A stretch of 64,000 bases of DNA from Eledone cirrhosa (lineage: Eukaryota): the NCBI GenBank assembly GCA_964016885.1, contig OZ024741.1, positions 202,182,001 through 202,246,000 on the forward strand, given 5' to 3'. Each line of letters begins with the position of its first letter. Position 1 is the first letter of the stretch. The position numbers were made by a program, and so were the translations under genes. The notes beneath the pieces were generated by a model. That model did not search any database, was not told the DNA's origin, and worked only from the letters and a program-made list of their open reading frames with translations. Positions 63,247 to 64,000 of this stretch are shown in pieces.

Positions 63247-63303
<57 letters not shown>

Positions 63304-63413
63304 AAAGTTATATTTAAATTGTTGGGTTAACAACGAGTAAATATTTATAACTGATATAAAAGCACTCAACAAGTATTTGGAGTATCTATTTATTTATAAG
63401 ACTGTTTATATTG

Positions 63414-63479
63414 TATTTTGTCTGAAGATGGCATAACATATTGTTAATATGATATCCCTGAAATATATATAACGAAATA
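63414..63479 (+). ncRNA. Type I hammerhead in a ~215-bp unit between (TA)n tracts
   Basis: UAUUUUGU-CUGAAGA-[long stem II CAUAUU/AAUAUG]-GAAA-UAUAUAUA/ACGAAAUA; 8-bp stem I. Confidence 0.65.
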
Positions 63480-63518
63480 AATATGGTTTTATAAATATAG
63501 TTTCCATTTATTTAATAT

Positions 63519-63551
<33 letters not shown>

Positions 63552-63553
63552 TA

Positions 63554-63626
<73 letters not shown>

Positions 63627-64000
63627 GTGTGTGTGTGTGTATTTATGTATGTATGTGTGTGTGTGTGTGTGTTTAGAGAGAGAGAAAGAGGGAGAGAGCA
63701 GAACATATAGCATTTACAGATCTTTCCTTGACACTGATTCTTTAATCTTCTAAGATACATACATACTAGGTGTGAAGTAAAAATATTCTTCCTCATGCCT
63801 GCGTTATTATTGTTACTACTATAATTATAATTGATTACATTTTACCTACCCTAGTTATGTATTTAATGAAAATGTTGTATCAAAACAACTGTAAAGATTG
63901 AATGATTTAAGAACTATCTATCATCTTAATTTGTTAAAAATACCACATTTTCTTCTACTCTTAAGATTCTCATCCCTATGTTTCTATCTGTAAGTGTATA

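Overview
AT-rich, repeat-dense eukaryotic DNA; the repeat families suggest a cephalopod or other mollusc, which is inference only. One host gene was reconstructed by hand on the minus strand: a CCDC134 orthologue with six coding exons (53878-54007, 49037-49155, 21713-21797, 11283-11461, 8840-8908, 7214-7288; 218 aa). Its first coding-region intron has U12 (minor spliceosome) signatures. The rest is mostly mobile DNA: an intact RTE LINE with a PHD-like finger inside the RT, many RTE fragments including two 5'-inverted copies, tandem R4/Dong elements in (TAA)n, CRE-like fragments, a Penelope-like fragment, a CsRn1-type Gypsy provirus, mariner/Tc1 relics, hAT, piggyBac-like and Helitron-like MITEs, and a tRNA-derived SINE. 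The most interesting signal is a set of small non-coding units, mostly in (TA)n. These are a 316-bp tandem+inverted array carrying type I hammerhead ribozymes (retrozyme-like, with the intact copy sense to the host pre-mRNA), three further Penelope-type minimal hammerheads, and a 260-bp array of the same architecture that carries a tRNA-like cloverleaf instead of a hammerhead.
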